Positions 25,658 through 39,225 of a stretch of DNA of 64,000 nucleotides are shown piece after piece. Positions within the stretch are counted from its first letter, which is position 1, and the number at the start of each line of letters is the position of its first letter. Made by a program: the position numbers and the translations under genes. Where the stretch lies: assembly GCF_035084215.1 (NCBI RefSeq), contig NC_090354.1, forward strand, positions 25,048,001 to 25,112,000, written 5' to 3'. The notes beneath the pieces were generated by a model that was given only the letters and a program-made list of their open reading frames with translations, was not told the DNA's origin and made no database searches. This DNA comes from Heptranchias perlo. Lineage: Eukaryota.

Positions 25658-26255
25658 GGCCCTGATATTTACGGGGAGAGAGTGGGGGAGCGCAGTGGCG
25701 GGGGGAGACCCGGAAATCCCAGTGTCGCGGAGGTCCTACCAAATTTAACGGCAGCACCACATTATCATTTCTTTATTCCATTTTCCACCCGGCAGCCGGC
25801 CAGATTGACAGGCTGGGAGAGATCTGGGCTTGGTGGGTGGGTGGGAGGGTCGCCTGATCGCTGCAGAGGGGAGAGGCCGAAGGTTCGCTCGAGGGGGCCG
25901 GGGGCAAGCACTCCTGCTCCACCTGGCCCACAAGGAGTGCTCTTAAAAGGTACTTATCTCTGCAACCGGCTGCTCCTGTCCCCATTTCGCTGCCGGGTGT
26001 CTCGAGCCCCGGGAAACCCATGCGGCAAGTGTTAAATTTAATTCAGGCACTCTGGGAGCCTGGATTAAATATGTTAATGAAGTGTCTTACCTCTCCAAGA
26101 CGGGACACAGGCACGTCTTGCAACCCACCACCGTATAAAGGGCAAAGGGCACGTTCACGGCGGGGACGCGTTCCCTAATTTTTAATTTTTAAACCCCCCC
26201 CCCTCCGACCCTCTCCCTCCCAACTTGGAGGGGGGGGAACGTTAATGTTGACTCC
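25658..26255. mobile_element. GC-rich non-autonomous Harbinger-like element
   Basis: Left end GGCCCTGATATTT, degenerate right end AATGTTGACTCC, ATA on both flanks (3-bp TSD). Confidence 0.6.
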
Positions 26256-26699
26256 ATAGTGTACACTGTTAAATCAGTACAGCATTCAGTAAAAGAAATC
26301 CAAATCTTTTACTGGATTGAGCCCTGTTAATCTTTTATTAACTCAGCCAAGAAGTGTTTTATGGTTCAGGCAGGATATCTGCACAATGTGAGTGTGGGGG
26401 ATCAGGCCATTACAATTTAATGCTCGGACCTCAATTATTCCTGGATTGAGAATCTCAACTCCACTGCATTTGTTTTCTACCAAGTCCCCACAATGAAAGG
26501 GATTGCTGTGCAGAGATCCGAGCTGCACTGAATAGAAATTTGGCTTTACTTTCTACAGTCACTGGCATATACTTTGTATTTAATTCCATTTCTATAGTTC
26601 TTGGGGTTTCCATGTTTTAAGCCAGAACTCTTGTAGTTTAACCCTTTGAAGGCCAAATGTCTTTTGGAGTTTGCAAAGCTGCTGCTGTAATTTGTTGAA

Positions 26700-27640
26700 T
26701 GGTTGGTTTTGGTCAGTGTGCATGAGGAACTGCAGAGCAGGACAGGACAGGACCAGTTGCATCTGGGTGACCAGAACTGGACACAGTACACAAGGTGCAG
26801 TCTGACCAGTTCACTGTACAGTTTGAGTGTGCCTTTCTCTGACTTATATTCTACTATTTTCTCTATATAATTCAAACTTGTAGAATCATTGAATTTTACA
26901 GCACAGAAGGAGGCCATTTGGCCCGTCGTGCCTATGCCGGCTCTTTGAAAGAGCTGTCCAATTTAGTCCCACACCCCAGCTTTTCCCCCATAGCCCTGCA
27001 AATTAGTCCTCTTCGAGTACATGTCCAATTGCCTTTTGAAAGTTCCCATGGAATCTGCTTCCATCACCCTTTCAGGTAGTGCGTTTCAGATCTTAACAAC
27101 CCTCTGTATGAAAAAAATTCTCCTCATTTCCCCTCTAGTTCTTTTGCCAATTATTTTAAATCTCTGACCTCTGGTTACCGACCCACTTACCAGAGGAAAC
27201 AGTTTCTCCCTATTTGCTCTATCAAAACCCTTCATTATTTTGAATACCTCTTATTAGGTCTCCCCTTAACCTTCTCTGCTCTAAGGAGAACAATCCCAGC
27301 TTCTCCAATCTCTCCATATATCTGAAGTCGCTCATCCCTGGTATCATTTTGGTAAATCTCCTCTGTACCCTCTCCAAGACCTTGATATCCTTCCTAAAGT
27401 GTGGTGCCCAGAATTATACACAATACTCCAGCTGAGGCCTAACCAGTGATTTGTGAAGGTCTAGCATAACTCCCTTGTTTTTGTATTCAGTGCCTCTATT
27501 TACAAAGCTTCTATTGGGTTTGTTGATTGCTGCTCTGCATTGGTTGGACATGGGTTGAGCGTCAAGTCTGCTAAGACACCTAGGTCTCTTTCAACTTCAT
27601 CTCTAGTTATTTGTGTACCAATCATTGAAAATGTGTTGCC
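26700..27640 (-). mobile_element. Nested CR1 LINE fragments
   Basis: LYSELVRLHLVYCVQFWSP and ERDLGVL motifs around an inner CR1 3' end (26880-27510). Confidence 0.75.
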
Positions 27641-27832
27641 CATTTTTCCTTCTGATCTGTAGATAAAAAGTAAAAGAGAAACCTGCATTTATACTAGAAG
27701 TAAAGGGAATTAGGGGTTACGGGGAGCGGGCAGGAAATTGGACATGAATTTAGATTTGAGGTTAGGATCAGATCAGCGGAGCAGGCTCGAGGGGCCGATT
27801 GGCCTACTCCTGCTCCTATTTCTTATGTTCTT

Positions 27833-28195
27833 ATATAGTGCATTTCACAACCTCAGGATGTCCCAAAGCACTTTACAACCAATGAAGTACTTTTGAAATG
27901 TAGTCACTGTTGTAATGTGGGAAATGTGGCAGCCAATTTACGCACAGCAAGATCCCACAAACAACAATGTGATAATGACCAGATAATCTGTTTTAGTGAT
28001 GTTTGCTGAGGGATAAATATTGGCCAGGACACCGGGGAGAACTCCCCTGCTCTTCTTCCAGATAGTGCCTTGGGATCGTTTACGTCCACCTGAGAAGGCA
28101 GGTAGGGCCTTTGTTTCACATCTCATCCGAAAGACGGCACCTCTGACAGTGTTGCGCTCCCTCAGTACTGCACTAAAGTGTCAGCCAGATTTTGG
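27833..28195 (-). mobile_element. SacSINE1-like DeuSINE
   Basis: Aligns by eye to 10045-10400. Confidence 0.8.
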
Positions 28196-28411
28196 TCATT
28201 CGTCCCTCTAGTCAGTGAAAGAGGGACTGCATCCTTCGGCACCGTGTATAAATATGGAACAGTTTTGTCCTGGCTACGCAACAGACATGTGGCCTGGACA
28301 TCTGTAAAGTGGCTCAGGTACTGATATGAGCACTGCATCCCAGGTTCCCAGTGGTGCTGTGTCAAGTGTTTCACATCAGATTGAGTATGTAATTTAAAGA
28401 TGTACCCTTAA

Positions 28412-28891
28412 CAATCAAATTCTGACAATGCATCGATTAGGCTACCATTTAGATCCAGACTGCCAGGAAGCTAAAAGATGGAGTTTGCAAGCAGAGGCTG
28501 AACTACTGTTTATGAAGTTATTTTAAACTGTAGTAAATTACATATTCGACAAAGCTAGAGACGCTGACTAATTCTTCTTAGAGCATTCCCGCTGAAGCTG
28601 GAACCATCACTGGCAACATTGCTATGAGGTCAACGCAGCATTAAAACACTGTCAGGTCTGCAAGGCTCTCGGTTATAGCACTTTTTTTCACTTTCTTTAA
28701 TTCTTCTTCACACTTGTAAAATTCTGATTTTGAACTTGTTCATTATAGTCCAAGATTGAAGGAAAAACAAAGCATTTTACTCTGGTTTAAAATAAATTCA
28801 TAAACAGTAGTTCAGCCTCTGCTTACAAACTCCATCATTTAGCTTCCTGGCAGTCTGGATCCAACTGGTTGACATTGTCAGATACCGATTG
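28412..28891. mobile_element. Foldback/MITE with about 120-bp inverted arms, flanked by TTAA
   Basis: GATCCAGACTGCCAGGAAGCTAAA...TTATTTTAAAC mirrored at 28776-28891; TTAA at 28408-28411 and 28892-28895. Confidence 0.75.
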
Positions 28892-31800
28892 TTAACCTTA
28901 GTAAGGAGAATTAATCAGTGCCATTACCTGTGTGCTAAGACCTGCAGTAGGAGGCTGGTTCCTCTTGGAGCAATAGTGTAAATGCTTGACTCAGGCATTA
29001 GCCATCAAGAAAGGTCCATCAGTGGCCTCCACCATGTGTTTTACTTTACCTGGCATCACTTCCCTTGGATCTGTAGATGGGCCCATTGGGAACATGTCGA
29101 CCTATATTTCTGCACATGCAGGCAACATAAATATGTCATCACGGGCCTCAGTTAGAGTCTGAACATTTTCATTCTTTAAGATATACAGCGTCATGGCGTG
29201 AGATGAAGTATCCCAGCACCACTCGTTAGCCAGATGAGGAGCCAATGAATTTGGTGGTGGCAGCTCACAAAACCCAAGGCTTTCTGCAGCTGCCAGCATG
29301 AGTGGGCAGGGTTGTCCCCTGATTCTGGCCCATATCCCAGAGGCAGGGCCATTTCTTTAATATATTTATTCTCAGAATGTGGGCATCACTGGCGTTTATT
29401 GCCCACCCCTGGTTGCCCTGAGAAATTTTGAGACAACTGAACGGCTTCGTAGACTGGGTAAGGGCAGTAGGTTTCCTTCCTTAAAGGACATTAGTGAAAA
29501 TGTTGGGTTTTTACAACAATCTGATAGCTTAACGGTCACTTTTACTGATACCAGCTTTTTATTTCCAGATTTTTAAAACTGAATTTAAATTCTCAAAGTG
29601 TTATGGCATGATTTGAACTCACATTCTTCAGATTATTAGTTGAGTCTTTCTGGAGTACTAGTTCAGTAATATAACCACTACACTACCATAGCCTGGATGA
29701 TTTAACTAGATCAGGCAGGCACTGGGGCCATTTTCCCTAATGGATTTGGTTGCTCTGCAAACAATTGCATCAGGGAAACAGCCACATTGGCAAAGGGGGC
29801 AAGTTTAAAAACTTTCCCAAAATATTTGGTCAGGGCCAAAGATCAATTTACACTGTGACAAGGTGCTTTAGCGATTTTCTACCCCTCTCACCTGACGCAG
29901 GCACCCCGGTGGTGCTGCAAAAGGTTGGTAACCAAGGGTTGTAACCAAGGGCGGGCTGATGACTTTCCGCCCTTAGGCTGCACCACCATTCTGGCTCACA
30001 TGAATGTCTAGGCTCATAGAATCATACAGCACTGGAGGAGGCCATTTGGCCCCTCATGCCTGTGCTGGTTCTTTGAAAGAGCTATCTAATTAGTCCCACT
30101 CCCCTGCTCTTTCCCCACAGCTCTGCAATTTTTTTCTTTTCAAATATATATCTAATTCCCTTTTGAAAGTTACTGCTGAATCTGTTGCCACCATCCTTTC
30201 AGGCAGTGCATTTGAGATCATAACAACTCGCTGCGTAAAAAGAAATGTCTCTTCATCTCCCCCCTGGTTCTTTTGTCAACTATCTTAAAATTATCGTGTT
30301 TTTACTGCTGACTATACTCTACTAATGTGAACGCACCATAATTGGGGCAGATTCCACAACACTGGCAGCCAAGGCCATGATCCATTGCCTCTATTTGAAG
30401 GAATTCTGTAAGATAAACACAATATCACAGGGTAACCCTAACTCTCTGTGATGTAAAAATGGTCCTCAAAGGGTAAACTCTTCCAGTGCACACAGAGCAG
30501 ACTCTACATTGGAGCGTTTCCAAGACACATTTGAAAGGCTTGTCAGTTGAAAGGGGATGTAAGGCAGGAGCTTGCACAATAACTCCTTAATACTTCGAAT
30601 GTGGAGGTCTTCCAGTTCCTGACTTCTATAGTGAGGTTTGTGAAATGGCAGAACAGAGGGTTTGCTAAAATGGAGAACAACAGAAGGAGCAGGCAGTGGG
30701 GCTTGAGTTAAAATCTGTGATAAAACGGGACTTGATTTTAACAATACATTTCTTACTTACCCCTCCTCCCACCCACACACATCCAGAGCAAACTATGTAA
30801 AGGCGTTCTGCAAAACGATCACCTTAGGTACTAACAATAACCATGTTTAAAAACTGACCTTTGTACAGTTGTAGTGGTCCCAGTTTAAACATAATAAATC
30901 AAGCAAATGCATTGTGATCAATTCCTGCTCTGTATCTTGTGAAATTGTATGAACTGCAGTCAACTATTCCTAAGTTTACAATTGAATTTTTACAGACATT
31001 TGTACCCATATTAAGAGTCTGCACTCACAGAGCAGATGGAAAGTATGCAGGGAGTATTTTACGTGAGGAAATGCTGGTTTATATTTCAGAGGAGTTGTCA
31101 ACAGCTTGAAGAGTTCAGGTATAGTTCCACTGGCTAGACGGTATCCGACAGATGAATGATTAGCTTCTGACTTGGTAAGAATAGGGTGTGGATGGCAATG
31201 TTTAACCATTAGAGGAGGTGAATACATCTTGGTACGTTTTTAGAATCTTAATGTTATTCGGGCACTGAGAGAGCAGTGATCAAGTGGAGACCCGTGACCT
31301 TTTTATTTGTTCTCGGGATGCAGGCAAGGCTACATTTACTGCCCATCCCTAGTTGAACTGAGAAGGTGGTAGTGGGTCTTCTTGAACCACTGCAGGCCGT
31401 GTGGTGATGGTGCTCTCAAAATGGTGTTAGGAAATTCCAGAAAATTGACCCAGCAACGATGAAGCAACAACAGTGTATGTCCAAGTCAGGATGCTGTGCG
31501 ACTTGGAGGGGATGGTATTCCCAAGACAATGGTGGTCTTGTCCTCCTTGGAGGTAGGAATCAGGGGGGAGGGAAGTGTTATGAGTTCCATTCTTCCCATT
31601 GTTCCTCGTAGTGTGCCACCAGCCCCGACATGGGCCAGTTGGAGGCCTAATAGAAGCTGCATTGATGAAGGAGATGTGTCCTCTCCCACCCCCAAATTAT
31701 AAGTACTGTACAGTGATCAGGAATTGGAACTTTTCCCCTCCTTAGCCCAGGGCTTATGAGGCCAACTGCAGATAATCACTGTTGTTGACTGATATCAGAT

Positions 31801-32018
31801 AACTTGGCACAGGTCAGGATTTGACCCTGACGCTTTCCTGGTCTGTATCACTCTGGGTGACACCAGGCCATAGCAAATTCTAGAATACCTAAAACTGTTT
31901 AGGTGACAGACTAAACACAATAAGTTGATTGATATTTGGCAGAAATGTTAGTGTCTAGGATTTGAAGTCATTGATCTCTAAACCAATCCCAGAATAAAAA
32001 AAAAACATTTCAAACACC

Positions 32019-32192
32019 GCGGGTAATTTAGACTTTGGGCGATAGTGTAAAACAAGTGATATTGGATCAGTCGCTCATTATACATCTCTCCCGATTGAAG
32101 TCAATGGAATTGTGAATCGGGAGAGATGTATAACGGACGTTTGATCCAATATCACCGGTTTTACACTATCGTCCAAAGTCAAAATTACCTCC
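32019..32192. mobile_element. Palindromic MITE with central TTGAAGTCAATGG motif
   Basis: GCGGGTAATTTAGACTTTGGGCGATAGTGTAAAAC ... GTTTTACACTATCGTCCAAAGTCAAAATTACCTCC hairpin; a half copy lies at about 37879-37970. Confidence 0.8.
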
Positions 32193-32899
32193 ACTGAGTG
32201 TGGGATCAGCACAATAAATCACATATGCAAATTTATTCAAACAATCCTATCATCAAACCTCAGACCACAAGACAAACCCATCATACTCCACAGAGAGTAA
32301 AAGAATAACTGGGTGCTGGAAAGCTGAAGTGAAGACAGAAAATGCTGGCAAATCAGAGCGGGTTCATCTGCATCCGCAGAGAGAAAGGCCGATAAATGTT
32401 TCAGGTAGAGGCTCCTTGTCAGAAATCTCAGATGTTGCAACAAGATAGGAAACTTAACGCACTTTCTAAAAGAGTCTAAAATGGTGATGCCCAGGCTTCT
32501 TGGCGCATATGTGCTCATCATGGGGCGAATTAACTTTAAATTTTTATTCCCATTAATTTGCATTTACCTTAAATTGGTGACAACAAGAAGTTTTGCTATC
32601 ATGATTTGAGATTTAGCCACCAATATGGCAACAGCATTAGAATGGCCCTTTGGAAAACTGTAGGCCCATGAAATTCAAACATTACAAACCAGTAAATAAA
32701 TAGAACTCACTTGCCAGGACCTCACGGACCAGATTGCTCAGGGCCGCACATGATCTGCGGGTCACAGTTTGGACAACCTGTCCTAAAAGATTGTATTCTC
32801 AATGCTATGATAAGGTGTTATAATTAAGAATCAACATTGATGCACAATAAATAGCTTCTACAGCAGTACAAAGACAACCCACCACTCCCCTCATAGACA

Positions 32900-33235
32900 C
32901 TACAACAATAACAACTTGCATTTTTATAGCACCTTTACCGTAGTAAAACTTCCCAAGGTGCTTCACAGGAGCTATTATCAAATAAAATTTGACACCGAGT
33001 CACATAAGGAGATATTAGGACAGGTGACCAAGAGCTTAGTTAAAGAGGTAGGTTTTAAGGAGCGTCTTAGAAGAGGAGAGAGAGGGAGACGGAGAGGTTT
33101 TGGGAGGGAATTCCAGAGCTTAGGGCCTAGGCAGCTGAAGGCACGGCCGCCAATGGTGGAGCGATGAAAATCAGGGATGTGCAAGAGGCCTGAATTGGAG
33201 GAGCTCAGAGATCTCAGAGGGTTGTAGGGCTGAAG
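32900..33235 (-). mobile_element. L2-type LINE 3' end
   Basis: STIGGRAFSCLGPKLWNSLP motif. Confidence 0.82.
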
Positions 33236-33920
33236 GACAACAAGATAAGAAACATCAATATTTTAGCACAGCTGAAAATACTGTTCTCAACAACAGCATG
33301 CAGCGCAGTAGTTGTATATCCCAGGTTCAGAGACAACTTGGTATTGAATAGCTGGGCCTGTGGCCTCATTGTGCATCCATCACGTGCTTGGTGCCTTGTA
33401 ACTTCCTCGACACTGGCATAAGCTTAATCATTCTCTGCTGCCGATCTCTGTAAGTATGCAACAGGAAACGAGTGGAACTTTGAACAGCAGGTTTCATTCA
33501 AACCATCCATCAAGCCTCATGCTGCTGTGGAAATTCCTCCTACACTGCCATTTTGAAAATGCATGCAACATTACTCAGTGTTAAGCAGTGGTTTGGAATC
33601 ACAGTAATAATTGTAACCAGTCATTAAAACTTTCACATTCTTACTCCACTACAGCATGACAACTAGATGGGTAACTCTGATTCGTTATTTTTCAATCTGA
33701 GCTTTTTCTGATACCACCAATGCCACTGTGATACATGAGGTAATGGCAGCAGCGAGTCTTGTGTAATGAGGAGGTAGGGAAGCTTGGAATGAGTTTGGAG
33801 TTCATGTACAATCTACCCTATCATGGACTCTGCCCTGTCCATTTAATCTCCTCAGGGAAAGTTCTGCATATGAACTTCCTCAACCCAATGTTAATGACAA
33901 TTCCAGAATATACCTTCAGC

Positions 33921-36900
33921 CTCACATCGCACTCTTCACCCTCACATCGTATTCCCCACCCTCACATCGCACCCTTCACCCTCACATCGCACCCTTCACC
34001 CTCACATCGTATTCCCCACCCTCACATCGCACTCTTCACCCTCACATCGCACCCTTCACCCTCACATCGTATTCCCCACCCTCACATCGCACTCTTCACC
34101 CTCACATTGCACTCTTCACCCTCACATCGCACTCTTCACCCTCACATCGCACTCTTCACCCTCACATCGCACCCTTCACCCTCACATCGCACTCTTCACC
34201 CTCACATCGTATTCCCCACCCTCACATCGCACCCTTCACCCTCACATCGCACTCTTCACCCTCACATCGCACTCTTCACCCTCACATCGCACTCTTCACC
34301 CTCACATCGCACCCTTCACCCTCACATCGCACCCTTCACCCTCACATCGTATTCCCCACCCTCACATCGCACTCTTCACCCTCACATCGCACCCTTCACC
34401 CTCACATCGTATTCCCCACCCTCACATCGTATTCCCCACCCTCACATCGCACCCTTCACCCTCACATCGCACTCTTCACCCTCACATCGTATTCCCCACC
34501 CTCACATCGCACTCTTCACCCTCACATCGCACTCTTCACCCTCGCATCGTATTCCCCACCCTCACATCGCACCCTTCACCCTCACATCGCACTCTTCACC
34601 CTCACATCGCACTCTTCACCCTCACATCGTATTCCCCACCCTCACATCGCACTCTTCACCCTCACATCGCACCCTTCACCCTCACATCGCACTCTTCACC
34701 CTCACATCGTATTCCCCACCCTCACATCGCACTCTTCACCCTCACATCGCACTCTTCACCCTCGCATCGTATTCCCCACCCTCACATCGCACTCTTCACC
34801 CTCACATCGTATTCCCCACCCTCACATCGCACTCTTCACCCTCACATCGCACTCTTCACCCTCACATCGTATTCCCCACCCTCACATCGCACCCTTCACC
34901 CTCACATCGCACCCTTCACCCTCACGTCGCACTCTTCACCCTCACATCGTATTCCCCACCCTCACATCGCACTCTTCACCCTCACATCGCACCCTTCACC
35001 CTCACATCGCACTCTTCACCCTCACATCGTATTCCCCACCCTCACATCGCACTCTTCACCCTCACATCGTATTCCCCACCCTCACATCGCACCCTTCACC
35101 CTCACATCGCACTCTTCACCCTCACATCGTATTCCCCACCCTCACATCGCACTCTTCACCCTCACATCGCACCCTTCACCCTCACATCGCACTCTTCACC
35201 CTCACATCGCACTCTTCACCCTCACATCGCACTCTTCACCCTCACATCGCACTCTTCACCCTCACATCGTATTCCCCACCCTCACATCGCACCCTTCACC
35301 CTCACATCGCACTCTTCACCCTCACATCGTATTCCCCACCCTCACATCGCACCCTTCACCCTCACATCGCACTCTTCACCCTCACATCGTATTCCCCACC
35401 CTCACATCGCACCCTTCACCCTCACATCGCACTCTTCACCCTCACATCGTATTCCCCACCCTCACATCGCACTCTTCACCCTCACATCGCACCCTTCACC
35501 CTCACATCGCACTCTTCACCCTCACATCGCACTCTTCACCCTCACATCGCACTCTTCACCCTCACATCGCACTCTTCACCCTCACATCGTATTCCCCACC
35601 CTCACATCGCACTCTTCACCCTCACATCGTATTCCCCACCCTCACATCGCACTCTTCACCCTCACATCGCACTCTTCACCCTCACATCGTATTCCCCACC
35701 CTCACATCGCACCCTTCACCCTCACATCGCACCCTTCACCCTCACGTCGCACTCTTCACCCTCACATCGTATTCCCCACCCTCACATCGCACTCTTCACC
35801 CTCACATCGCACCCTTCACCCTCACATCGCACTCTTCACCCTCACATCGTATTCCCCACCCTCACATCGCACTCTTCACCCTCACATCGTATTCCCCACC
35901 CTCACATCGCACCCTTCACCCTCACATCGCACTCTTCACCCTCACATCGTATTCCCCACCCTCACATCGCACTCTTCACCCTCACATCGCACCCTTCACC
36001 CTCACATCGCACTCTTCACCCTCACATCGCACTCTTCACCCTCACATCGCACTCTTCACCCTCACATCGCACCCTTCACCCTCACATCGTATTCCCCACC
36101 CTCACATTGCACTCTTCACCCTCACATCGCACCCTTCACCCTCACATTGCACTCTTCACCCTCACATCGCACTCTTCACCCTCACATCGCACTCTTCACC
36201 CTCACATCGCACTCTTCACCCTCACATCGCACTCTTCACCCTCACATCGCACTCTTCACCCTCACATTGCATTCCCCACCCTCACATCGCACTCTTCACC
36301 CTCACATCGCACTCTTCACCCTCACATCGCACTCTTCACCCTCACATCGCATTCCCCACCCTCACATCGCACTCTTCACCCTCACATCGTACCCTTCACC
36401 CTCACATCGCACTCCCCACCCTCGCATCGCACTCCTCACCTTCGCATCTCACTCCCCGCCCTCGTGTCTCACTCCCCGCACTCGCATCTCACTCCCCACC
36501 CTCGCATCTCACTCCCCACCCTCGCATCACACTCCCCGCCCTCGTGTCTCACTCCCCGCCCTCGCATCACACTCCCCGCCCTCGCGTCTCACTCCCCGCC
36601 CTCGCGTCTCACTCCCCGCCCTCGCGTCTCACTCCCCGCCCTCGCGTCTCACTCCCCGCCATCGCATCACACTCCCCGCCCTCGCATCACACTCCCCGCC
36701 CTCGTGTCTCACTCCCCGCCCTCGTGTCTCACTCCCCGCCCTCGCATCACACTCCCCACCTTCGTGTCTCACTCCCCGCCCTCGTGTCTCACTCCCCGCC
36801 CTCGCGTCTCACTCCCCGCCATCGCATCACACTCCCCACCTTCGTGTCTCACTCCCCGCCCTCGCATCACACTCCCCACCTTCGTGTCTCACTCCCCGCC

Positions 36901-37180
36901 ATCGCATCACACTCCCCACCTTCGTGTCTCACTCCCCGCCCTCGCATCACACTCCCCACCTTCGTGTCTCATTCCCCGCCCTCGCGTCTCACTCCCCGCC
37001 CTCGTGTCTCACTCCCCGCCCTCGCGTCTCACTCCCCGCCCTCACATCGCACTCCCCGCCCTCGCATCACACTCCCCGCCCTCGTGTCGCACTCCCCGCC
37101 CTCGTATCGCACTCCCCGCCCTTGCATCGCATTCCCCACCCTCGCGTCTCACTGCCCCACCCTCGCGTCTCACCCTTGCA
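33921..37180. repeat. Minisatellite, 20-bp unit CTCACATCGCACTCTTCACC with variants, about 160 copies
   Basis: 20-bp phase kept for about 3.2 kb; shifts to CTCGCGTCTCACTCCCCGCC units after about 36420. Confidence 0.97.
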
Positions 37181-37666
37181 TCGCAGTCTTAATATCTCAT
37201 TCTTCATTTTCACATCTCACCATCCATCCTCAGATCTCACTCTTCATTCCCACATTTCACTCTTCATCCTTACACCACATTCTTCACCCTCACATCTCAC
37301 TATTCATCCCTCGCCTGCTGGTCTCCAGACAATAATCTTGCCCTTGCCCCCATTGCATTATTTGGAGTAATTTCCAGTACGTTAGTGAAGACAAAAAACT
37401 TTGGAATCATTTAGGAGATAACTAGATGCTTTAATGGGAGACTGTGAATTTTTCTAAATGTATAGTCTAAGGTTAAATGATCTTTGAGTCCTACTAGGAT
37501 CGAATTATTGAGGGTTTGAAGCTGAACGATGAATGCCCGTGGTTAAAAACCCGACTTCTCCAGTGATCCATGTGACTTGGCTGTGAGGCCCCCCATGACA
37601 GAATAATCTGATGCTCACTATCGACACTCAGATGAAGAATGCCCATTTGGGTGAGGTACTGGAAGG

Positions 37667-37878
37667 GGGCCAGTGCCTGTGGAACTGTACCCCCGTGAGG
37701 GCCAGTGCCAGTGGAACTTTACCCCGGTGAGGGCCAGTGCCTGTGTAACTGTACCCCCGTGAGGGCCAGTGCCTGTGGAACTGTACCCCCGTGAGGGCCA
37801 GTGCCTGTGGAACTGTACCCCCATGAGGGCCAGTGCCTGTGGAACTGTACCCCCATGAGGGCCAGTGCCTGTGGAACT
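37667..37878. repeat. 32-bp tandem repeat GGGCCAGTGCCTGTGGAACTGTACCCCCGTGA, about 6.5 copies
   Basis: Units start at 37667, 37699, 37731, 37763, 37795, 37827, 37859. Confidence 0.93.
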
Positions 37879-39094
37879 GACTTCAATGGAAATAAAAATG
37901 AGGAGAGATGTAAATGGGCTGCCGACTCGCTATCACCCGTTTTACACTAATCATAAAAGTCAAGATCTGCAGATCTACCTCAATCTATAATTGAGAAAAT
38001 TTACTAATTATGTTGGAATATCTGCTAAATAGTAAAGTCTTGAGAGTCTGTCTTGGCTGCACTGATTTAGCATTTACAGTGCGCTTAGAAGGGACAAATT
38101 CTCGCTCCCTCCCCCAGCACCGCGTCCCCCCTTCCCTCCCGCACTCCCTCCATTAAATCAGCACCAAACCCACTCTTTCAAATGTGACTGGTCTGTACAA
38201 TAGGCTGGGTGGCTCATTTTCGGCTGGTGCGGACACGATGGGCCGAATGGCCTCCTGTGCCATTAATTTTCTATGATTCTATGATTCCTCATCCATATTT
38301 ATCTTGTACCCTTGTGATTTTATTGTACGTCTATCTGTATTGAGTCCCATTCCCAACAAGGTACTTATCCAGCTCCCTTTTGAAGGAGTTAAGCAACTCA
38401 GAATTAACTGATTCTGTTAGGAGTCTGTTCCACATTCAATGCTCGGGATGGACAACACCCAAGTAATATGCAGAAGCACCAAATGCACAACCAGAAATTA
38501 ATGTCCTGCATAAACTATCAACCTGTTTTAAATACTAATATACATTGTATAACTGGAAAAAGCAAATAATTGCAGATCAGTATACGTAAAATAATCCAAC
38601 CTAAATATAACTCACCCCTCCTTTAGACTTATTGCGTTGTTATCACTCAATCAATTATTGGTCCATTGGTTCCTGTTGTTTATTTAGTGGAGTCTCTCCT
38701 GCTGCAGGGCCCTTTACATTGGAGCAGAGAGTTCTCCCGGTGTCCTGGCCAAGATTCCCCCCTCAATCAACGGCACTAAAAAAAACAGGTTAATTATTCA
38801 TCTCATGGCTGTTTATGGGAGATTACTGGCACAGAATGGCTGTCACAATTGACTGCATATCAACAGTCACTACACTCACAAAGAAAATTCAGTGTGTGAC
38901 ATGATTTGAAATGCTTTGATGGCATTATATAAATGAACGCATATCTTTCTTTTTCTTGTCCATGAGGTACTCGATATTGAAGTAAATCTTTCTTATTTGG
39001 ATTTCAGATAAGATGAAGCCATAGCAAAGTGAGAGGACAACGATACAAAGACAGTGGCTCATCCAACTGAAAACATTTTTCCAGTGTTATTGCC

Positions 39095-39225
39095 ATGGAG
39101 ACCGTGGTTATAGTAGCAATTGGGGTCCTTGCAACAATTTTTCTGGCCTCCTTTGTGGCTCTTGTGGTTGTCTGCAGACATCGCTATTGTCAGCCCAACA
39201 ACCTATTGCACCAGTTCGACTCGAA
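39095..39225 (+). CDS. TMEM98: Transmembrane protein 98, coding exon 1 (METVVIVAIGVLATIFLASFVALVVVCRHRYCQPNNLLHQFDS-K)
   Basis: Kozak gccATGG at 39095; N-terminal hydrophobic anchor nearly identical to vertebrate TMEM98; ends at aa|gtaagt donor (phase 2). Confidence 0.97.

Noticed and set aside
33759-37370. 1203-aa His/Pro/Ser-rich ORF
   Set aside because: Product of a 20-bp C-rich minisatellite whose unit is not a multiple of 3; no sign of codon-level selection
6097-37878. CRISPR-like regular repeats of 32-36 bp
   Set aside because: Head-to-tail units with no unique spacers, in a vertebrate context with no cas genes
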